A stretch of DNA of 64,000 bases, taken from contig CAXXTF010000001.1 of NCBI GenBank assembly GCA_963665775.2, forward strand, positions 480,001 through 544,000, in the 5' to 3' direction. This document shows positions 10,254-22,424 of the stretch, one piece after another. Source of the DNA: Dehalococcoidia bacterium. Its GTDB lineage: Bacteria; Chloroflexota; Dehalococcoidia; SM23-28-2; RBG-16-64-32. How positions within the stretch are numbered: the first letter of the stretch is position 1; the number at the start of each line of letters is the position of its first letter. Below the pieces are notes generated by a model that saw only the letters and a list, made by a program, of their open reading frames with translations, did not search any database and was not told the DNA's origin. A program made the position numbers and the translations under genes.

Positions 10254-10338
10254 AGTTATCATTTCTTTCTTTCCGAGAGGCGGGTGACCTACTTGGCTGG
10301 CGGTTTCACCCGCGCTAAGGTGGCGGTGGAGGTGTCTC

Positions 10339-11565
10339 ATGGCCGCGAAGCAGACGTACGTCATCGTGGGGGCGAACCTGTGTGGGGGCAGGGCGGCGGA
10401 GACGCTGCGTAAGGAGGGGTTCGACGGCCGCCTGCTGCTCATCGGGGCGGAACCGGACCGTCCCTACGAACGACCGCCGCTGTCCAAGGAGTATCTGCAG
10501 CGAAAGGTTGAGCGGGAAAGCATCTTCCTGCGGCCGCCCGAGTTCTACGACGAGCAAGAGATCGAGATGCGGTTGGGTGTGCGGGCCACCGGCATCGACG
10601 TGCGCGAGCGGTCGCTCGAGTTGGAGGGCGGCGAACGGCTGGGATTCGATAAGCTGCTGATCGCTACCGGGGGCCGGGTGCGCCGCCTCCCGGTGGCCGG
10701 CGTGGAGCTGCAGGGAGTCTATTACCTGCGTACGATTGAGGAGAGCGAGGCCATCGCCGCTCAACTGGCGGCGGGAGGGCGAGTGGTGGTGATAGGGGCG
10801 GGGTTCATCGGCGCGGAGGTGGCGGCCTCGGCCCGGGTGAGCGGCCTGGAGGTGACGATGCTGGAGGTGGCGGCCGTGCCTCTGGGGCGGGCCCTGGGGC
10901 CGGAGATGGGCGGCATCTACGCGGAGATCCACCGGGAGCAGGGGATAGACCTTCGCCTGGGCACCGGCATCGATCGGCTGGAGGGCACCGGACGGGTGAA
11001 GCGGGTGGTGATCTCGCGGGGCGACTCGATCGATTGCGATCTGGTCGTCGTCGGTGTGGGGATGGAGCCGGAGATAGGTCTGGCGGTGGGGGCGGGGATT
11101 GAGACGGGGAACGGGATCATCGTCGACGAGTACTGCCGGACCAGCGTGGAAGGCATCTTCGCCGCTGGGGACGTGGCCAGCTTTCCCAACCCGATCCTGG
11201 GGGAACGGATGCGGGTGGAGCACTGGGCCAACGCCCAGAATCAGGGTGTGGCGGCGGCCAAGGCGATGCTAGGGATGGCCGAGCCTTACGCGGAAGTGCC
11301 CTGGTTCTGGTCCGATCAGTATGATCTGAACATGCAGTATGTGGGTCATGCCAGCGCCTGGGACGAGGTGGTGCTACGGGGCGATGTGGCGGGCCGCCGG
11401 TTCACGGCGTTCTATCTGAAGGACGGCCGCCTGCGGGCCGCGATGGCGCTGAACCGGCCGCGGGACATATCGGCCAGCCGCGCCCTGATCCGGACGGCGA
11501 CGCCGGTCACCGCCCAGCAGCTTCGGGATGAGGACGTGGTGCTGCGGGCCCTGTTGCCGGCCTGA
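10339..11565 (+). CDS. FAD-dependent NAD(P)H ferredoxin reductase (putidaredoxin/dioxygenase reductase-like)
   Basis: PYERPPLSK, GAGFIGAE, AAGDVA, RVEHW and PWFWSDQY motifs. Confidence 0.88.
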   Translation: MAAKQTYVIVGANLCGGRAAETLRKEGFDGRLLLIGAEPDRPYERPPLSKEYLQRKVERESIFLRPPEFYDEQEIEMRLGVRATGIDVRERSLELEGGERLGFDKLLIATGGRVRRLPVAGVELQGVYYLRTIEESEAIAAQLAAGGRVVVIGAGFIGAEVAASARVSGLEVTMLEVAAVPLGRALGPEMGGIYAEIHREQGIDLRLGTGIDRLEGTGRVKRVVISRGDSIDCDLVVVGVGMEPEIGLAVGAGIETGNGIIVDEYCRTSVEGIFAAGDVASFPNPILGERMRVEHWANAQNQGVAAAKAMLGMAEPYAEVPWFWSDQYDLNMQYVGHASAWDEVVLRGDVAGRRFTAFYLKDGRLRAAMALNRPRDISASRALIRTATPVTAQQLRDEDVVLRALLPA

Positions 11566-11617
11566 AGCTTACGACGAAACGAAAGGCCATCGCGCTTGGT
11601 CCTCTTCGTTTGCCGGT

Positions 11618-14600
11618 CTACTTCTCGCTGAGCTCTTCCAGCGGCTCTTTCTCTTCCCCGTCCGATATCTCCATCTCCAGATCGAGGCTGTCTGCGTCCA
11701 CCGGCTGGATAAGCTTTCTTAGGATGGAACCCTCAAGCCGCTCGTCGGCCAGGGTAAGGGGCAGGGCGATCCTGGCGGGCTTGGGCAGCGCCTCCACGGT
11801 GATGGGTACGCGGGCCGGGATGAGCTTGCCAATGATGACGTTCTCCTTAAGGCCAAGGAGGTGGTCAACGGCGCCGCTGATGGCGGCCTCGGTGAGGACG
11901 CGTGTCGTCTCCTGGAAGGAGGCGGCGGCCAGGAAGCTATCTGTGTTCAGGGAGGCCTTAGTAACGCCCAGGAGGATGGGCTGGGCGGTGGCCGGTTCGC
12001 CACCCTCGGCCAGGACCTTAGCGTTCTCCGCCTCGAAGCGGAAGCGGTCCACCAGCTCGCTGGGCAACATGTCGGCGTCGCCGGGCGAGTCGATGCGGAC
12101 TCGGTGCAACATCTGGCGCACGATCACCTCGATGTGCTTATCGTTGATGGTCACTCCCTGGGACCGGTAGACCTTCTGGACCTCCTCCACAAGGTATATC
12201 TGCACGGCCTCTGGGCCCTGGATGCGGAGGATGTCCTGCGGGTTGAGGGGGCCTTCCGTCAGGGCCTGTCCGGCGTGGATAGAGTCGCCGTCCTGGACGC
12301 GGAGGCGGGCGGTGGCCGATATCAGATACTCCCGCTCATCGCGTTCCTCGAAGAGGATGGATAGGTGTCTGCTCTTGTCGATGGAGACATGACCGGCGGT
12401 GCGGGCGAGGACGTCGCCAGCGGGGACCAGGGCCTGCCCTGAGCCCGTCGAAGGGGCCTGCCCGGACTCCTCTTGCTCTGGAGGCTTGGGCAGACGAGCG
12501 ATAACGGCGCCCTGTGCCACCTCCTGCTTACTCCTGACCAGGAGTTTGGTACCCTCCGGCAGAGGGTACTCGTCGCGGTAGGTCTCGACGCTGGTGATCT
12601 TGATGCGTCGGGCATCCCTGTCTTGCTGGATCTCGATAGAGCCGTCGATCTCGGAGATAAGGGCTGTGCCCTTAGGGACGCGGGCTTCGAAGAGCTCCTC
12701 GACGCGGGGGAGGCCGGAGGTGATGTCGAAACCGGCGACGCCGCCGGTGTGGAAGGTGCGCATCGTGAGCTGAGTGCCGGGCTCACCGATGCTTTGGGCG
12801 GCGATGATGCCGACGGCCTCGTCCTGATTGACCAGCCTGCCGCGGGACAGATCCCGGCCGTAGCAGGGGGCGCAAAGGCCGCGTGTGGTCTGGCAGGTCA
12901 GGGGCGAGCGGGTGTAAACGCGGTCTATGCCGGCCTGGACGATGCGATCAGCGGTGTCTTCGTCGATCTCATTGCCGCGCTCGATGATGATCTCCCCGGT
13001 TTTGGGGTCAGCCACATCGGCCGCTGTCCAGCGGCCGAAGATGCGCTCGCTGAGGGACTCGAAGAGGCCCTTCTCCAACGGCTCCCCGATCCAGATGCCG
13101 GCGGTCGTGCCGCAGTCGTCCTCGGAGATGATCACGTCCTGAGAGACATCGATGAGGCGGCGGGTGAGGTAGCCGCTATCGGCGGTGCGCAGGGCGGTGT
13201 CGGCCAGCCCCTTGCGGGCACCGTGGGTGGAGATGAAGTACTCCAGCATCGTGAGCCCCTCGCGGAAAGAAGAACGGATGGGGAGCTCGATAATGCGGCC
13301 GGAGGGGTCACTCATGAGGCCCCGCATTCCGGCCATCTGGGAGATCTGGCTGATGTTGCCCTTGGCACCGCTGACGGCCATGAGGTACACACCACCGTAT
13401 TCGCCGATTCGATCCTGGATGACGTTCTGGACGCGGTCTGTGGTCTCCCGCCAGATGGCCACCGCCTGGTCGTACCGCTCCTCGTCGGTGATGAGCCCCA
13501 GGTTGTATTGCTCATCGATCTCGGCGATGTGAGCATCGGCCTCAGCCAGGAGCTTCTCCTTCTCAGCGGGGACTTTGAGGTCGTTCATGGCGATGGAGAT
13601 GCCGGACTTGGTGGCGTACTGGAAGCCCAAATCCTTCATGTGATCGACCACATCGGCGGTGTGGACGCCGTCCAGCCGATGGCTACACTCGGCCACGAGC
13701 TCCTTCACCGCCTTCTTGTCCATGAGGTGGTTGCGGAAGCCGAGTTCTTCAGGGAGGATCTCGTTGAAGATGATACGGCCGGCGGTAGTTTCGATCAGCT
13801 CGCCGTCAGTCCTGGCATCGCGGACGCGAATGAGGGCCCGCAGGTCTAGGTAGCCAGAGGCGTGAGCCAGCTTCGCCTCGTCGAAGCTGCTGTAGATGCC
13901 GCGGGCCGGGGGGCCAGCCTGGAACGTGCCCCTGGCCTTGGCCTTCACGTCTGTCAGGTAGTAACAGCCCAGGACGATGTCCAGAGTCGGCGCCACGGCG
14001 GGCTCGCCGTTGGAGGGGAGCAGCAGGTTCTGACTGGAGAGCATGACCTGCCGCGCCTCGGCGACGGCGGCGCGGGAGAGAGGCACGTGGACGGCCATCT
14101 GGTCGCCGTCGAAGTCGGCATTGAAGGCGGTGCAGACCAGGGGGTGGATCTGGATGGCGCTGCCGTCGATGAGGACGGGTTCAAAGGCCTGAATGCCGAG
14201 ACGGTGGAGGGTGGGGGCGCGATTCAGGAGGACCGGACGCTGCTTGATAATCTCGTCCAGAATGTCCCAGACCTCAGGGCGGGCGCGCTCTACGATGCGC
14301 TTGGCGGACTTGATGTTGAGAGCCAGGCCGCGGGCCACGAGCCCATGCATGACGAACGGCTTGAACAGCTCCAGGGCCATCCGCTTGGGCACGCCGCACT
14401 GGTTGAGCTTGAGGTCCGGGCCAACGACGATAACGGAGCGGCCGGAGTAGTCCACCCGCTTGCCTAGAAGGTTCTGACGGAAGCGGCCTTGCTTCCCCTT
14501 CAGCATGTCCGAAAGGGACTTGAGCTTATGGTTCCCGGCCGTGGATACAGCGCGACCGCGACGACCGTTATCTATGAGGCTGTCCACGGCCTCCTGTAGC

Positions 14601-16012
14601 ATGCGCTTCTCGTTGCGGATGATGATCTCGGGGGCGCCAAGCTCAAGGAGCCGCTTTAGGCGGTTGTTGCGGTTGATTACACGCCTGTAGAGGTCGTTCA
14701 AGTCGCTCGTGGCGAAGCGGCCGCCATCGAGTTGGACCATGGGGCGGAGGTCTGGAGGGAGCACGGGCAGAATGGTAAGAATCATCCAATCCGGCCTGTT
14801 GCCGCTCCTGCGGAGCGCCTCCACAACGCGCAGGCGCTTGGTGGCCTTCTTGCGGCGCTGGCCGCTAAAGTTCTGGATCTCGGTGCGCAGCTTCACGGCC
14901 AGCTGGTTCAAATCCACGCGGCCAAGGATACCCAGGAAGGACTCCGCGCCCATGCCTACCTCGATGAGGCCTGGGTGATTAGAGTTGATCTCCCGGACCG
15001 TATGCTCTGCCAGGAGGGAGCACTGGTCATCCCGGATGGGGTCCTTCAGCTCCTTCAGCTCGTGGATCCGCCGCTTGTACTCCTCCTGGGCAGTCTCCCG
15101 CTTCTCGCCGCTCTGCTTGCGCAGGGGCTCCATCTCGGTGAAGGCGGCTTCCCGAAGGCGGGAGATCTCCGCCTCCATCTCGGCCTCGGCCGCCTGACGC
15201 TCCTCGCTGCGGCGCGCCTCCATGGCGGCTGAGCGGCGTTTTACCTCGGCCTGCAGCCGCTGCAGAGCCCTGGCTGGCAACGTCTCCCCCTTTGTGGCCA
15301 GGACGAACTCGTCATCCAGAGCCAGCTTCTTGGAGGCGGGCTTCTTTTCGGTCTTGGCCAGGTCGGCCTCCAGGGATGTGGCCTTTTTGCTCAGCGACTC
15401 GATCTCTTTGTCCAGGCGGGCGTCGACGGTGGCCAGGCGGCTAGCGCGCTGCTCCTCTACCTTGGCCACGGCCTCGCTCGTAGCCTCCTCGATGGCAGCG
15501 ATGCGCTGGACTTCCCCCGCCTCTTGCTCATCGGCGGAGCGGTCCATCTCCTGGCGTAGCTCCTCCAGAGCGGATTGGCGGGTCTCCTCGTTCACACTGG
15601 TGACGATGAACTGGGCGAAGTAGAGGACCCGCTCCAGGCTGCGGGGCGAGATGTCCAGAAGGAGACCGATGCGGCTGGGGGTGCCCTTGACAAACCAGAT
15701 GTGGGCGACCGGAGAGGCAAGCTCTATATGGCCCATGCGCTCGCGGCGGACCTTGGAGCGGGTCACTTCCACGCCGCACTTATCGCAGACGATCCCCCTG
15801 TAGCGCACTCGTTTGTACTTGCCGCAGTAGCATTCGAAGTCCTTGGTGGGGCCGAACAGCTTTTCGCAGAAGAGGCCATCCTTCTCCGGTTTCAGGGTGC
15901 GGTAGTTGATCGTCTCCGGCTTGGCGACCTCGCCGTACGACCAGGAGCGGATCTGCCCCGGGGAAGCCAGCGCTATGCGGATCGCGTTGAAGTTGTTAAC
16001 TTCGAGGGCCAA
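11618..16012 (-). CDS. rpoC: RNA polymerase beta' subunit
   Basis: [10 protein letters not shown] active site, N-terminal Zn ribbon, QLTMRTFH. Confidence 0.98.
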   Translation of the reverse strand: MALEVNNFNAIRIALASPGQIRSWSYGEVAKPETINYRTLKPEKDGLFCEKLFGPTKDFECYCGKYKRVRYRGIVCDKCGVEVTRSKVRRERMGHIELASPVAHIWFVKGTPSRIGLLLDISPRSLERVLYFAQFIVTSVNEETRQSALEELRQEMDRSADEQEAGEVQRIAAIEEATSEAVAKVEEQRASRLATVDARLDKEIESLSKKATSLEADLAKTEKKPASKKLALDDEFVLATKGETLPARALQRLQAEVKRRSAAMEARRSEERQAAEAEMEAEISRLREAAFTEMEPLRKQSGEKRETAQEEYKRRIHELKELKDPIRDDQCSLLAEHTVREINSNHPGLIEVGMGAESFLGILGRVDLNQLAVKLRTEIQNFSGQRRKKATKRLRVVEALRRSGNRPDWMILTILPVLPPDLRPMVQLDGGRFATSDLNDLYRRVINRNNRLKRLLELGAPEIIIRNEKRMLQEAVDSLIDNGRRGRAVSTAGNHKLKSLSDMLKGKQGRFRQNLLGKRVDYSGRSVIVVGPDLKLNQCGVPKRMALELFKPFVMHGLVARGLALNIKSAKRIVERARPEVWDILDEIIKQRPVLLNRAPTLHRLGIQAFEPVLIDGSAIQIHPLVCTAFNADFDGDQMAVHVPLSRAAVAEARQVMLSSQNLLLPSNGEPAVAPTLDIVLGCYYLTDVKAKARGTFQAGPPARGIYSSFDEAKLAHASGYLDLRALIRVRDARTDGELIETTAGRIIFNEILPEELGFRNHLMDKKAVKELVAECSHRLDGVHTADVVDHMKDLGFQYATKSGISIAMNDLKVPAEKEKLLAEADAHIAEIDEQYNLGLITDEERYDQAVAIWRETTDRVQNVIQDRIGEYGGVYLMAVSGAKGNISQISQMAGMRGLMSDPSGRIIELPIRSSFREGLTMLEYFISTHGARKGLADTALRTADSGYLTRRLIDVSQDVIISEDDCGTTAGIWIGEPLEKGLFESLSERIFGRWTAADVADPKTGEIIIERGNEIDEDTADRIVQAGIDRVYTRSPLTCQTTRGLCAPCYGRDLSRGRLVNQDEAVGIIAAQSIGEPGTQLTMRTFHTGGVAGFDITSGLPRVEELFEARVPKGTALISEIDGSIEIQQDRDARRIKITSVETYRDEYPLPEGTKLLVRSKQEVAQGAVIARLPKPPEQEESGQAPSTGSGQALVPAGDVLARTAGHVSIDKSRHLSILFEERDEREYLISATARLRVQDGDSIHAGQALTEGPLNPQDILRIQGPEAVQIYLVEEVQKVYRSQGVTINDKHIEVIVRQMLHRVRIDSPGDADMLPSELVDRFRFEAENAKVLAEGGEPATAQPILLGVTKASLNTDSFLAAASFQETTRVLTEAAISGAVDHLLGLKENVIIGKLIPARVPITVEALPKPARIALPLTLADERLEGSILRKLIQPVDADSLDLEMEISDGEEKEPLEELSEK
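12432..12455 (-). repeat. 24-bp in-frame mini-element in rpoC
   Basis: + strand GCCTGCCCTGAGCCCGTCGAAGGG; encodes PSTGSGQA; GGGCCTGCCC repeated at 24-bp spacing (12430, 12454). Confidence 0.8.
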
Positions 16013-19000
16013 GGATATCTTCTCCCTTCTCGAACCGGCTAAGGTCGATGCCTAGCTCCGGCAGCTCCTGGGTGGAGGTCTCCACCAGGGCCACTCGCTC
16101 TTCATCATCGTTCAGAACCTCTACGGCCAGGCCCAGGCTCTGCAGCTCCTTGACGAGGACCTTGAAGGACTCCGGCACGCCGGGCTCCATGATGTCCTCT
16201 CCCTTCACAATCGCCTCGTAGGTCTTAACCCGGCCCACTACGTCGTCGGACTTTACGGTGAGGAGTTCCTGAAGGATATGCGCGACTCCGTACGCTTCCA
16301 GGGCCCAGACCTCCATCTCCCCAAATCGCTGACCGCCAAACTGGGCCTTGCCGCCCAGGGGTTGCTGAGTGATCAGGGAGTAGGGGCCGGTGGAGCGGGC
16401 GTGGATCTTGTCCTCGACCAGGTGAACCAGCTTCATCATATAGATGTAGCCGATCGTGATGGCCTGGTCGAAAGCCTCGCCCGTCCGACCGTCGTACAGC
16501 ACGTGCTTACCGTAGACAGGGGACGGGGTGCCCCGCTCGACGAGGAGCCGATCTGCCCGCGCGTTCAGATCCTTGGGGGACTTGCCCCGGACACTCTTGA
16601 GGCCCTGCTGCTCCAGCCATAGCTCCATGGCGACGCGGGTCGCTTCGCCTACCTGCTCATCGGCAAATACCGGTTCAGGGTCGTAATGGTGTTTGTGCAG
16701 CCAGGCGTAGACTTTCTCCACGTTTACGTTCTCACCGATGCTGTTGCCGCCAGCACCGTTGCCGTTGCTGGAGCCGGGGAATATGGCGTCCGCCTGCTCG
16801 CAGATCCAGGTGCGGCAGAGGGCATCCTCGATAGTCCTGGGGTTACCGCCATCGAAGACAGGGGATATGGCGCGGAAGCCCAGGCGGCGGGCGGCCCAGC
16901 CCAGGTGGGTCTCCAGCACTTGGCCGATGTTCATGCGGCTGGGGACGCCGATAGGGTTGAGGATGATGTCCACCGGCGTGCCATCGGCCAGGTGCGGCAT
17001 GTCCTCCACGGAAAGAATGCGGGCGATCACGCCCTTGTTGCCGTGGCGCCCGGCCATCTTGTCGCCCTCGGACACCTTGCGCCGCTGGGCGATGACGATG
17101 CGGACCAGGGCCTGTGCCCCAGGAGCCAGATCATCGGTGATCTGGGCGTAGGAGGGCCAGCGACACTGGTGGCTGGGGTGGCCGTGGGATGGGCGCCCCG
17201 CTTCGCTGTCCGGCCGGGCGAAGAAGCGGGAGTCTATGACCTTGCCGCGCTCGCCGTGGGGTACGCGCAGGGAGGTATCCTTAACCTCACGGGCCTTCTC
17301 GCCGAAGATCGCGCGGATGAGCTTCTCCTCTGCCGTAAGCTCCGTCTCACCTTTCGGTGTGATCTTGCCCACCAGGATGTCGCCGGCCCGGACCTCGGCG
17401 CCGACGCGAATAATGCCGAACTCATCGAGGTCCAGCAGGTTCTCCTCACCCACGTTTGGGATGTCTCGGGTGATCTCCTCGGGGCCGAGCTTGGTATCGC
17501 GGGCCTCCACTTCATGCTTCTCCACATGAATGGAGGTGAACTTGTCGTCCCGGACTACGGACTCGGAAACGATGATGGCATCCTCGAAGTTGTAGCCTTC
17601 CCAGCTCATGAAGGCGCAGAGAAGAGTTTGGCCCAGAGCCAGCTCACCGGAGTCTGTGGACGAGCTGTCGGCCAGGGTCTGGCCGGCCGAGACCCGCTCG
17701 TGGTGGCGGATAATGGCGCGCTGGTTGATACACGTGCCCTGGTTGGAGCGGACGAACTTCTGAAGCGGGTAGGTACGTTTGGAGCCGTCATCGTAAGCGA
17801 CGGTGATGGCATCGCCGGTCACGGCAGTGATGACACCTTCCCCAGAGGCCGTTATGACCTGGCCGGAGTCCTTGGCCGTCTGCTCCTCCATGCCGGTGCC
17901 AACCAGGGGAACCTCGGGCCGGATAAGGGGTACGGCCTGGCGCTGCATGTTGGCGCCCATAAGCGCCCGGTTGGCGTCGTCGTGCTCCAAGAAGGGTATG
18001 AGGGAGGCGGCTACCGAGACGATCTGCTTGGGCGAGAGGTCCACGTAATCCACCTGCTCCGGCACGGCGGTCGTGAATTGGCCGCCGGAGCGGGCCTCTA
18101 GGTGTTCGGTCAGGAAGTGACCCGTCGCGTCGATAGGGGAGTTGGCCGCAGCGATGACGTATTTCTCCTCCTCGTCCGCCGAGAAGTAGATGACCTCACC
18201 GGACAGGAAAGGCCGGACCGGCACCGCTTCCACCTTGGCGGCCGTCAGTTTCTTGGCCAGGGCTGGCTTTACTTCTTCGCCGGCGCCGGCGATGGTCTTC
18301 CCTTTGGCATTGAGGACGTCCTGGCGTAGGGTGTGGCCGATGAGGTCCGGAGAGTCCGCGGGGAAATCTCGGGTGACCTTGCGATAGGGCGTCCCGATGA
18401 AGCCGTATTCGTTCACCCGGCCGAAGGTGGCCAGGCTGCCGATAAGGCCGATGTTGGGGCCTTCGGGCGTCTCAATAGGGCAGATGCGTCCGTAGTGGCT
18501 GAAGTGCACATCGCGCACGTCAAAACCGGCGCGGTCCCGGGAGAGGCCGCCCGGGCCCAGGGCGGAGAGGCGCCGCTTATGGGTGATCTCCGCCAGGGGG
18601 TTCGTCTGGTCCATGAACTGGGAGAGCTGGGAGCCGCCGAAGAACTCCTTGACAGACGCTACCACGGGACGGATGTTGATGAGCTGGCTGGGCGCCGTCT
18701 CGTGGGGGTCGGTAATAGTCATCCGCTCCCGGATGACCCGTTCCATGCGAAGGAGGCCGATGCGGAACTGGTTCTGAATGAGTTCGCCCGCGGTGCGGAC
18801 GCGACGGTTTCCCAGGTGGTCGATGTCGTCAGGCCGGCCGCTGCCGTTGTCGAGGCGAATGATCTCGCGGGCGATGGCGAACAAGTCTTCAGGAGTCAGC
18901 ACGCGATCCTGAACGGAGGCGGGCCGCTCCAGCCGCTTGTTGACCTTGTAGCGGCCCACCTTGCCCAGGTCGTAGCGACGGGGGTTGAAGAAGAGGGAGT

Positions 19001-19925
19001 TAACCAGGCCGCGGGCGTTCTCCACTGTGGGAGGGTCGCCGGGGCGGAGCCGGCGGTAGAACTCCAACAGGGCTTCCTCTTTGTTCTGGTGGGTGGGGTC
19101 TCGCTCCAGGGTGGCCTTGATGTAGTTGTGGTCGGGGTTGGTGTCCGTCTCCTCGAAGAGGGCGAGGATGCGATCGTTGCTGCCCAGCAGCTGGGCAAGC
19201 TGGTGGCGCAGGCGATCGGCCTCCCGCTCCGTCTTGGCGCCCTCGATCTTCTCCTGGATCTCGCGCATGGCGGCGGTGCTGGGGTGGTCCGGGAGAAGGT
19301 GGGGCTCATCGATGGCGCGCAGGAGGGTGGTGATGGGGATCTTGCGCTTTCGGTCCACCTTGACGGAGATGATGTCCTTGTTGGAGGTCTCGAACTCCAG
19401 CCAGGCGCCGCGGTTGGGGATGAGCTTGGCGTAACAGAGGTCGCGGCCGCTGGTGGCGTCTCGCTCCAACGTCAGGTAGACGCCGGGGGAGCGGACGAGT
19501 TGAGACACGACGACCCGCTCGGCGCCATTGATGATGAAGGTGCCGTGATCCGTCATGAGCGGGAAGTCGCCCATGAATATCTGCTGCTCCTTGATCTCGT
19601 CGGTCTCCTTGACGAGCAGCTGGACGTTGACGTGGAGGGGAGCGGCGTAGGTGGCGTCCCGCTCCCGGCACTCCTCCTGAGAGTACTTGGGTTCCCCAAA
19701 GCTGTAGTCGGTGAAGCGCATCTCCAGCCGGTTACCGGTGAAGTCCTGGATGGGGGAGATCTCCTGGAAGAGTGCCTGCAGCCCCTCGGCCTTGAACAGC
19801 TCGTATGAGTCTCTCTGGATGCGAACGAGGTTGGGCACCGCTATCGCGTCCGGGATACGGGAGTAGGACTTTATGACTTGGGGAACGCGAAACTTCTCAT
19901 AGACCAGGTCTCTGGGCACGACCAT
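15996..19925 (-). CDS. rpoB: RNA polymerase beta subunit
   Basis: [25 protein letters not shown] and GGQRFGEME motifs. Confidence 0.98.
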   Translation of the reverse strand: MVVPRDLVYEKFRVPQVIKSYSRIPDAIAVPNLVRIQRDSYELFKAEGLQALFQEISPIQDFTGNRLEMRFTDYSFGEPKYSQEECRERDATYAAPLHVNVQLLVKETDEIKEQQIFMGDFPLMTDHGTFIINGAERVVVSQLVRSPGVYLTLERDATSGRDLCYAKLIPNRGAWLEFETSNKDIISVKVDRKRKIPITTLLRAIDEPHLLPDHPSTAAMREIQEKIEGAKTEREADRLRHQLAQLLGSNDRILALFEETDTNPDHNYIKATLERDPTHQNKEEALLEFYRRLRPGDPPTVENARGLVNSLFFNPRRYDLGKVGRYKVNKRLERPASVQDRVLTPEDLFAIAREIIRLDNGSGRPDDIDHLGNRRVRTAGELIQNQFRIGLLRMERVIRERMTITDPHETAPSQLINIRPVVASVKEFFGGSQLSQFMDQTNPLAEITHKRRLSALGPGGLSRDRAGFDVRDVHFSHYGRICPIETPEGPNIGLIGSLATFGRVNEYGFIGTPYRKVTRDFPADSPDLIGHTLRQDVLNAKGKTIAGAGEEVKPALAKKLTAAKVEAVPVRPFLSGEVIYFSADEEEKYVIAAANSPIDATGHFLTEHLEARSGGQFTTAVPEQVDYVDLSPKQIVSVAASLIPFLEHDDANRALMGANMQRQAVPLIRPEVPLVGTGMEEQTAKDSGQVITASGEGVITAVTGDAITVAYDDGSKRTYPLQKFVRSNQGTCINQRAIIRHHERVSAGQTLADSSSTDSGELALGQTLLCAFMSWEGYNFEDAIIVSESVVRDDKFTSIHVEKHEVEARDTKLGPEEITRDIPNVGEENLLDLDEFGIIRVGAEVRAGDILVGKITPKGETELTAEEKLIRAIFGEKAREVKDTSLRVPHGERGKVIDSRFFARPDSEAGRPSHGHPSHQCRWPSYAQITDDLAPGAQALVRIVIAQRRKVSEGDKMAGRHGNKGVIARILSVEDMPHLADGTPVDIILNPIGVPSRMNIGQVLETHLGWAARRLGFRAISPVFDGGNPRTIEDALCRTWICEQADAIFPGSSNGNGAGGNSIGENVNVEKVYAWLHKHHYDPEPVFADEQVGEATRVAMELWLEQQGLKSVRGKSPKDLNARADRLLVERGTPSPVYGKHVLYDGRTGEAFDQAITIGYIYMMKLVHLVEDKIHARSTGPYSLITQQPLGGKAQFGGQRFGEMEVWALEAYGVAHILQELLTVKSDDVVGRVKTYEAIVKGEDIMEPGVPESFKVLVKELQSLGLAVEVLNDDEERVALVETSTQELPELGIDLSRFEKGEDILGPRS

Positions 19926-20051
19926 AGGTAACCTCTCCTCAAGGGGCTAGCCAGGAGGCATCTCTCGCTAAAGAAAAGCAAAGCCTATCGGCAAAAACAG
20001 TGAGATGGGGAAACAGATGATGGGGGATTCAGATCAACCATCCAGTCATTC

Positions 20052-20081
20052 AGCTTAGCATCTGCCAGCGGTATCTGTCAA
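20052..20081 (-). promoter_or_regulatory. rpoBC promoter
   Basis: Minus strand TTGACA-18 nt-TAAGCT with extended -10 TG. Confidence 0.6.
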
Positions 20082-20114
20082 CACTACCGGCGGTCGTCCC
20101 CAAGGTAGGCGCGG

Positions 20115-22424
20115 CTAACCGCTGCCCTGCCACTGGACGGGGCCGCGAGGGCGCTGCTCCTGCGGAAGGAAGGAGAGGTCGAGCTGGGGGTCCGTAGCCT
20201 CCCCCCGCAGGGCGGCCAGAACCAGATCGGCGGTCAGGGGCAGCTCCTTGATGCGCACGCCGGTCGCCTCCTCGAAGGCGTTGGCGATCGCCGGGCCCGG
20301 CCCGAAGCCGGGAGGCTCGGCGACGGCGCGCGCCCCGAAGGGCCCGTCCTCCGAGGGTACCGTTACCAGGATCGTCTCCAACGGCGGGACATCAGGGGCC
20401 AGCGGCATGAGGTAGGTGGTAAGGGAGGCGTTGCTGGGCCTGCCGTCCTCCACCTTGTAGTGCTCCGTGAGCGCCCGGCCTATGCCCTGGACGACGCCGC
20501 CCTCCAGCTGCCCAATGATCGCCATGGGGTTGATGGGGGTGCCCACGTCCTGCGCCTGCAGAAACCGCTTGAGCGTAACCTTCCCGGTCTGACGGTCCAC
20601 GCTGATTACCGCCGCCTGCGCGGTGAATACGGGGGCGTAGGGCATCGTCGACAGGGAGGCGTTGCCGACCAGGGGGCCGCCCCGCGAGGTCACGGCCATC
20701 TGCGAGAGCTGTCCCAAGGAGTAGCCCTGCTCCGGGTTGTCCTCCACGTACACCCGGCCGCCGGCGCAGGCCAGGGTCTCCCGACCGATTTGCAGCCGCT
20801 CTGCCGTCAGCTCCATGACCTTGTCGCGAAGCTGTAGCGTGGCCTGCTCAACCACTTTCCCCTGGCTGTAGGTGATACGGCTGCCGCCGCTGGGCGAGGT
20901 GAATGGGGCCAGATCCGTATCGCGCTGGGCGATGACGACCTTCTCCATGCCGACGCCCAGCGCCTCAGCGGCTATCTGGGCTAGGGTCGTGTCCGTTCCG
21001 GAGATGTCCACGGAGCCCGTCAGCACCGTGACGCCGCCGTCCTCGTTGACGGTGACCTGCGCGCTGGAAGCGCCGCTGCCGCTGCGCCATTCACAGAGCG
21101 CGATGCCTGTCGCCTCGTCGCTGCTCTGCCGGGAGCCGTCCAGCCGCTCCCGAATCTCGTCTAGGCACTGGTGCAGGCCGTTGCGGGGTATACGGTCGCC
21201 CCGCACAGAGCTGTCACCCTCGTTGAAGGCGTTCTGGCGGCGGAACTCCCACGGGTCGATGCCCAGCTTGCGGGCGATGATGTCCGTGTGGGACTCCACG
21301 GCGAACGTCATGTCGGCCACGCCGGAGGCGCGGTAGGAGCTGGCCGGGACCTTGTTCGTATAGACACCGTAGGAGCGGAGGCGGAAGTTGGGGATGTGAT
21401 AGGCGCCCACGCCGTGGCTGATGCCGGCCTGCACGCCGGGGCCCAGGAAGGCGCCCATGTCCCACACGGCGAGGGCGTCGCGGGCGATCATCGTGCCGTC
21501 CTTGTTGACGCCGGTGCGCAGGCGGATTCGCGCCTCCAGCCGCGGGCCGGAGAGGGTGAATACCTCTTCCCGCGTGGCCGTCATCTTCACCGGCCGCCGG
21601 GTCTTGCGGGCCAGCATCACCGCGAACGCCTCCAGGCACATTCGCAGCTTGGCGCCGAAGCCGCCACCCATCTCCGTGGGGATGATCCGGATCTGGCCGA
21701 TGGGTATCTCCAACACTTCCGCCAGGGCGGCGCGGACGGCGTACGGTCCCTGGGTGGACGTCCAAACGTTGATCCGGCCGGCGGCGTCCACATCGGCGAC
21801 GCAGGCCATGGGCTCCAGGTAACCCTGGTTTATGGGCTGGGTGCGGAAGGTGTCCTCGAAGACGTGATCGGCCTCGTCCATGGCGGCGTCCACCTCGCCG
21901 CGGTCCCCATCGGCAATGACGCAGATGTTGCCGCCGCCGCTGAAGGTGGAGCCCTCGTAGTTCGCCAGATCTTCATGGATGGTGGGCGCGCCGGGCTTCA
22001 TCGCCTCCACGGGATCGGTGACGGCGGTCATCTCCTCGTACTCCACCTCGATCAGCTCCAGCGCTTCCAGGGCAGTTATCTCGTCCACCGCGGCGACCGC
22101 CGCCAGCGGCTCGCCGATGAAGCGCACCCGGTCACCGGCGAACAGCGTGCGGTCCTTGAGTCCGAGGGCCCCGTAGCGTCGCCGTGGGGCGTCGTCGGCC
22201 GTGACGACGCCTTTGACGCCCGGGTGCGACTCCGCCTTCGCGGTCTCAAGACGCTTGATCCTGGCGTGGGGACGCGTGCTCTTGAGTACCTTGCAGGCCA
22301 GGGTTCCGGGCAGGTGCATGTCCCCGGCATACAGGGTGCGGCCCGTCACCTTCCCGGCGGCGTCCACCCGTGGGTAGCTCTTTCCGAGGGCGCTCTCCGT
22401 GGTCGGCAAGTTCTCACCTGTCAT
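20115..22424 (-). CDS. xanthine dehydrogenase family molybdopterin-binding (large) subunit
   Basis: KVTG, YLEP, STQGP, MGGGFGAK, GQLEGG and GPFGARAVAE (catalytic Glu region) motifs. Confidence 0.9.
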   Translation of the reverse strand: MTGENLPTTESALGKSYPRVDAAGKVTGRTLYAGDMHLPGTLACKVLKSTRPHARIKRLETAKAESHPGVKGVVTADDAPRRRYGALGLKDRTLFAGDRVRFIGEPLAAVAAVDEITALEALELIEVEYEEMTAVTDPVEAMKPGAPTIHEDLANYEGSTFSGGGNICVIADGDRGEVDAAMDEADHVFEDTFRTQPINQGYLEPMACVADVDAAGRINVWTSTQGPYAVRAALAEVLEIPIGQIRIIPTEMGGGFGAKLRMCLEAFAVMLARKTRRPVKMTATREEVFTLSGPRLEARIRLRTGVNKDGTMIARDALAVWDMGAFLGPGVQAGISHGVGAYHIPNFRLRSYGVYTNKVPASSYRASGVADMTFAVESHTDIIARKLGIDPWEFRRQNAFNEGDSSVRGDRIPRNGLHQCLDEIRERLDGSRQSSDEATGIALCEWRSGSGASSAQVTVNEDGGVTVLTGSVDISGTDTTLAQIAAEALGVGMEKVVIAQRDTDLAPFTSPSGGSRITYSQGKVVEQATLQLRDKVMELTAERLQIGRETLACAGGRVYVEDNPEQGYSLGQLSQMAVTSRGGPLVGNASLSTMPYAPVFTAQAAVISVDRQTGKVTLKRFLQAQDVGTPINPMAIIGQLEGGVVQGIGRALTEHYKVEDGRPSNASLTTYLMPLAPDVPPLETILVTVPSEDGPFGARAVAEPPGFGPGPAIANAFEEATGVRIKELPLTADLVLAALRGEATDPQLDLSFLPQEQRPRGPVQWQGSG

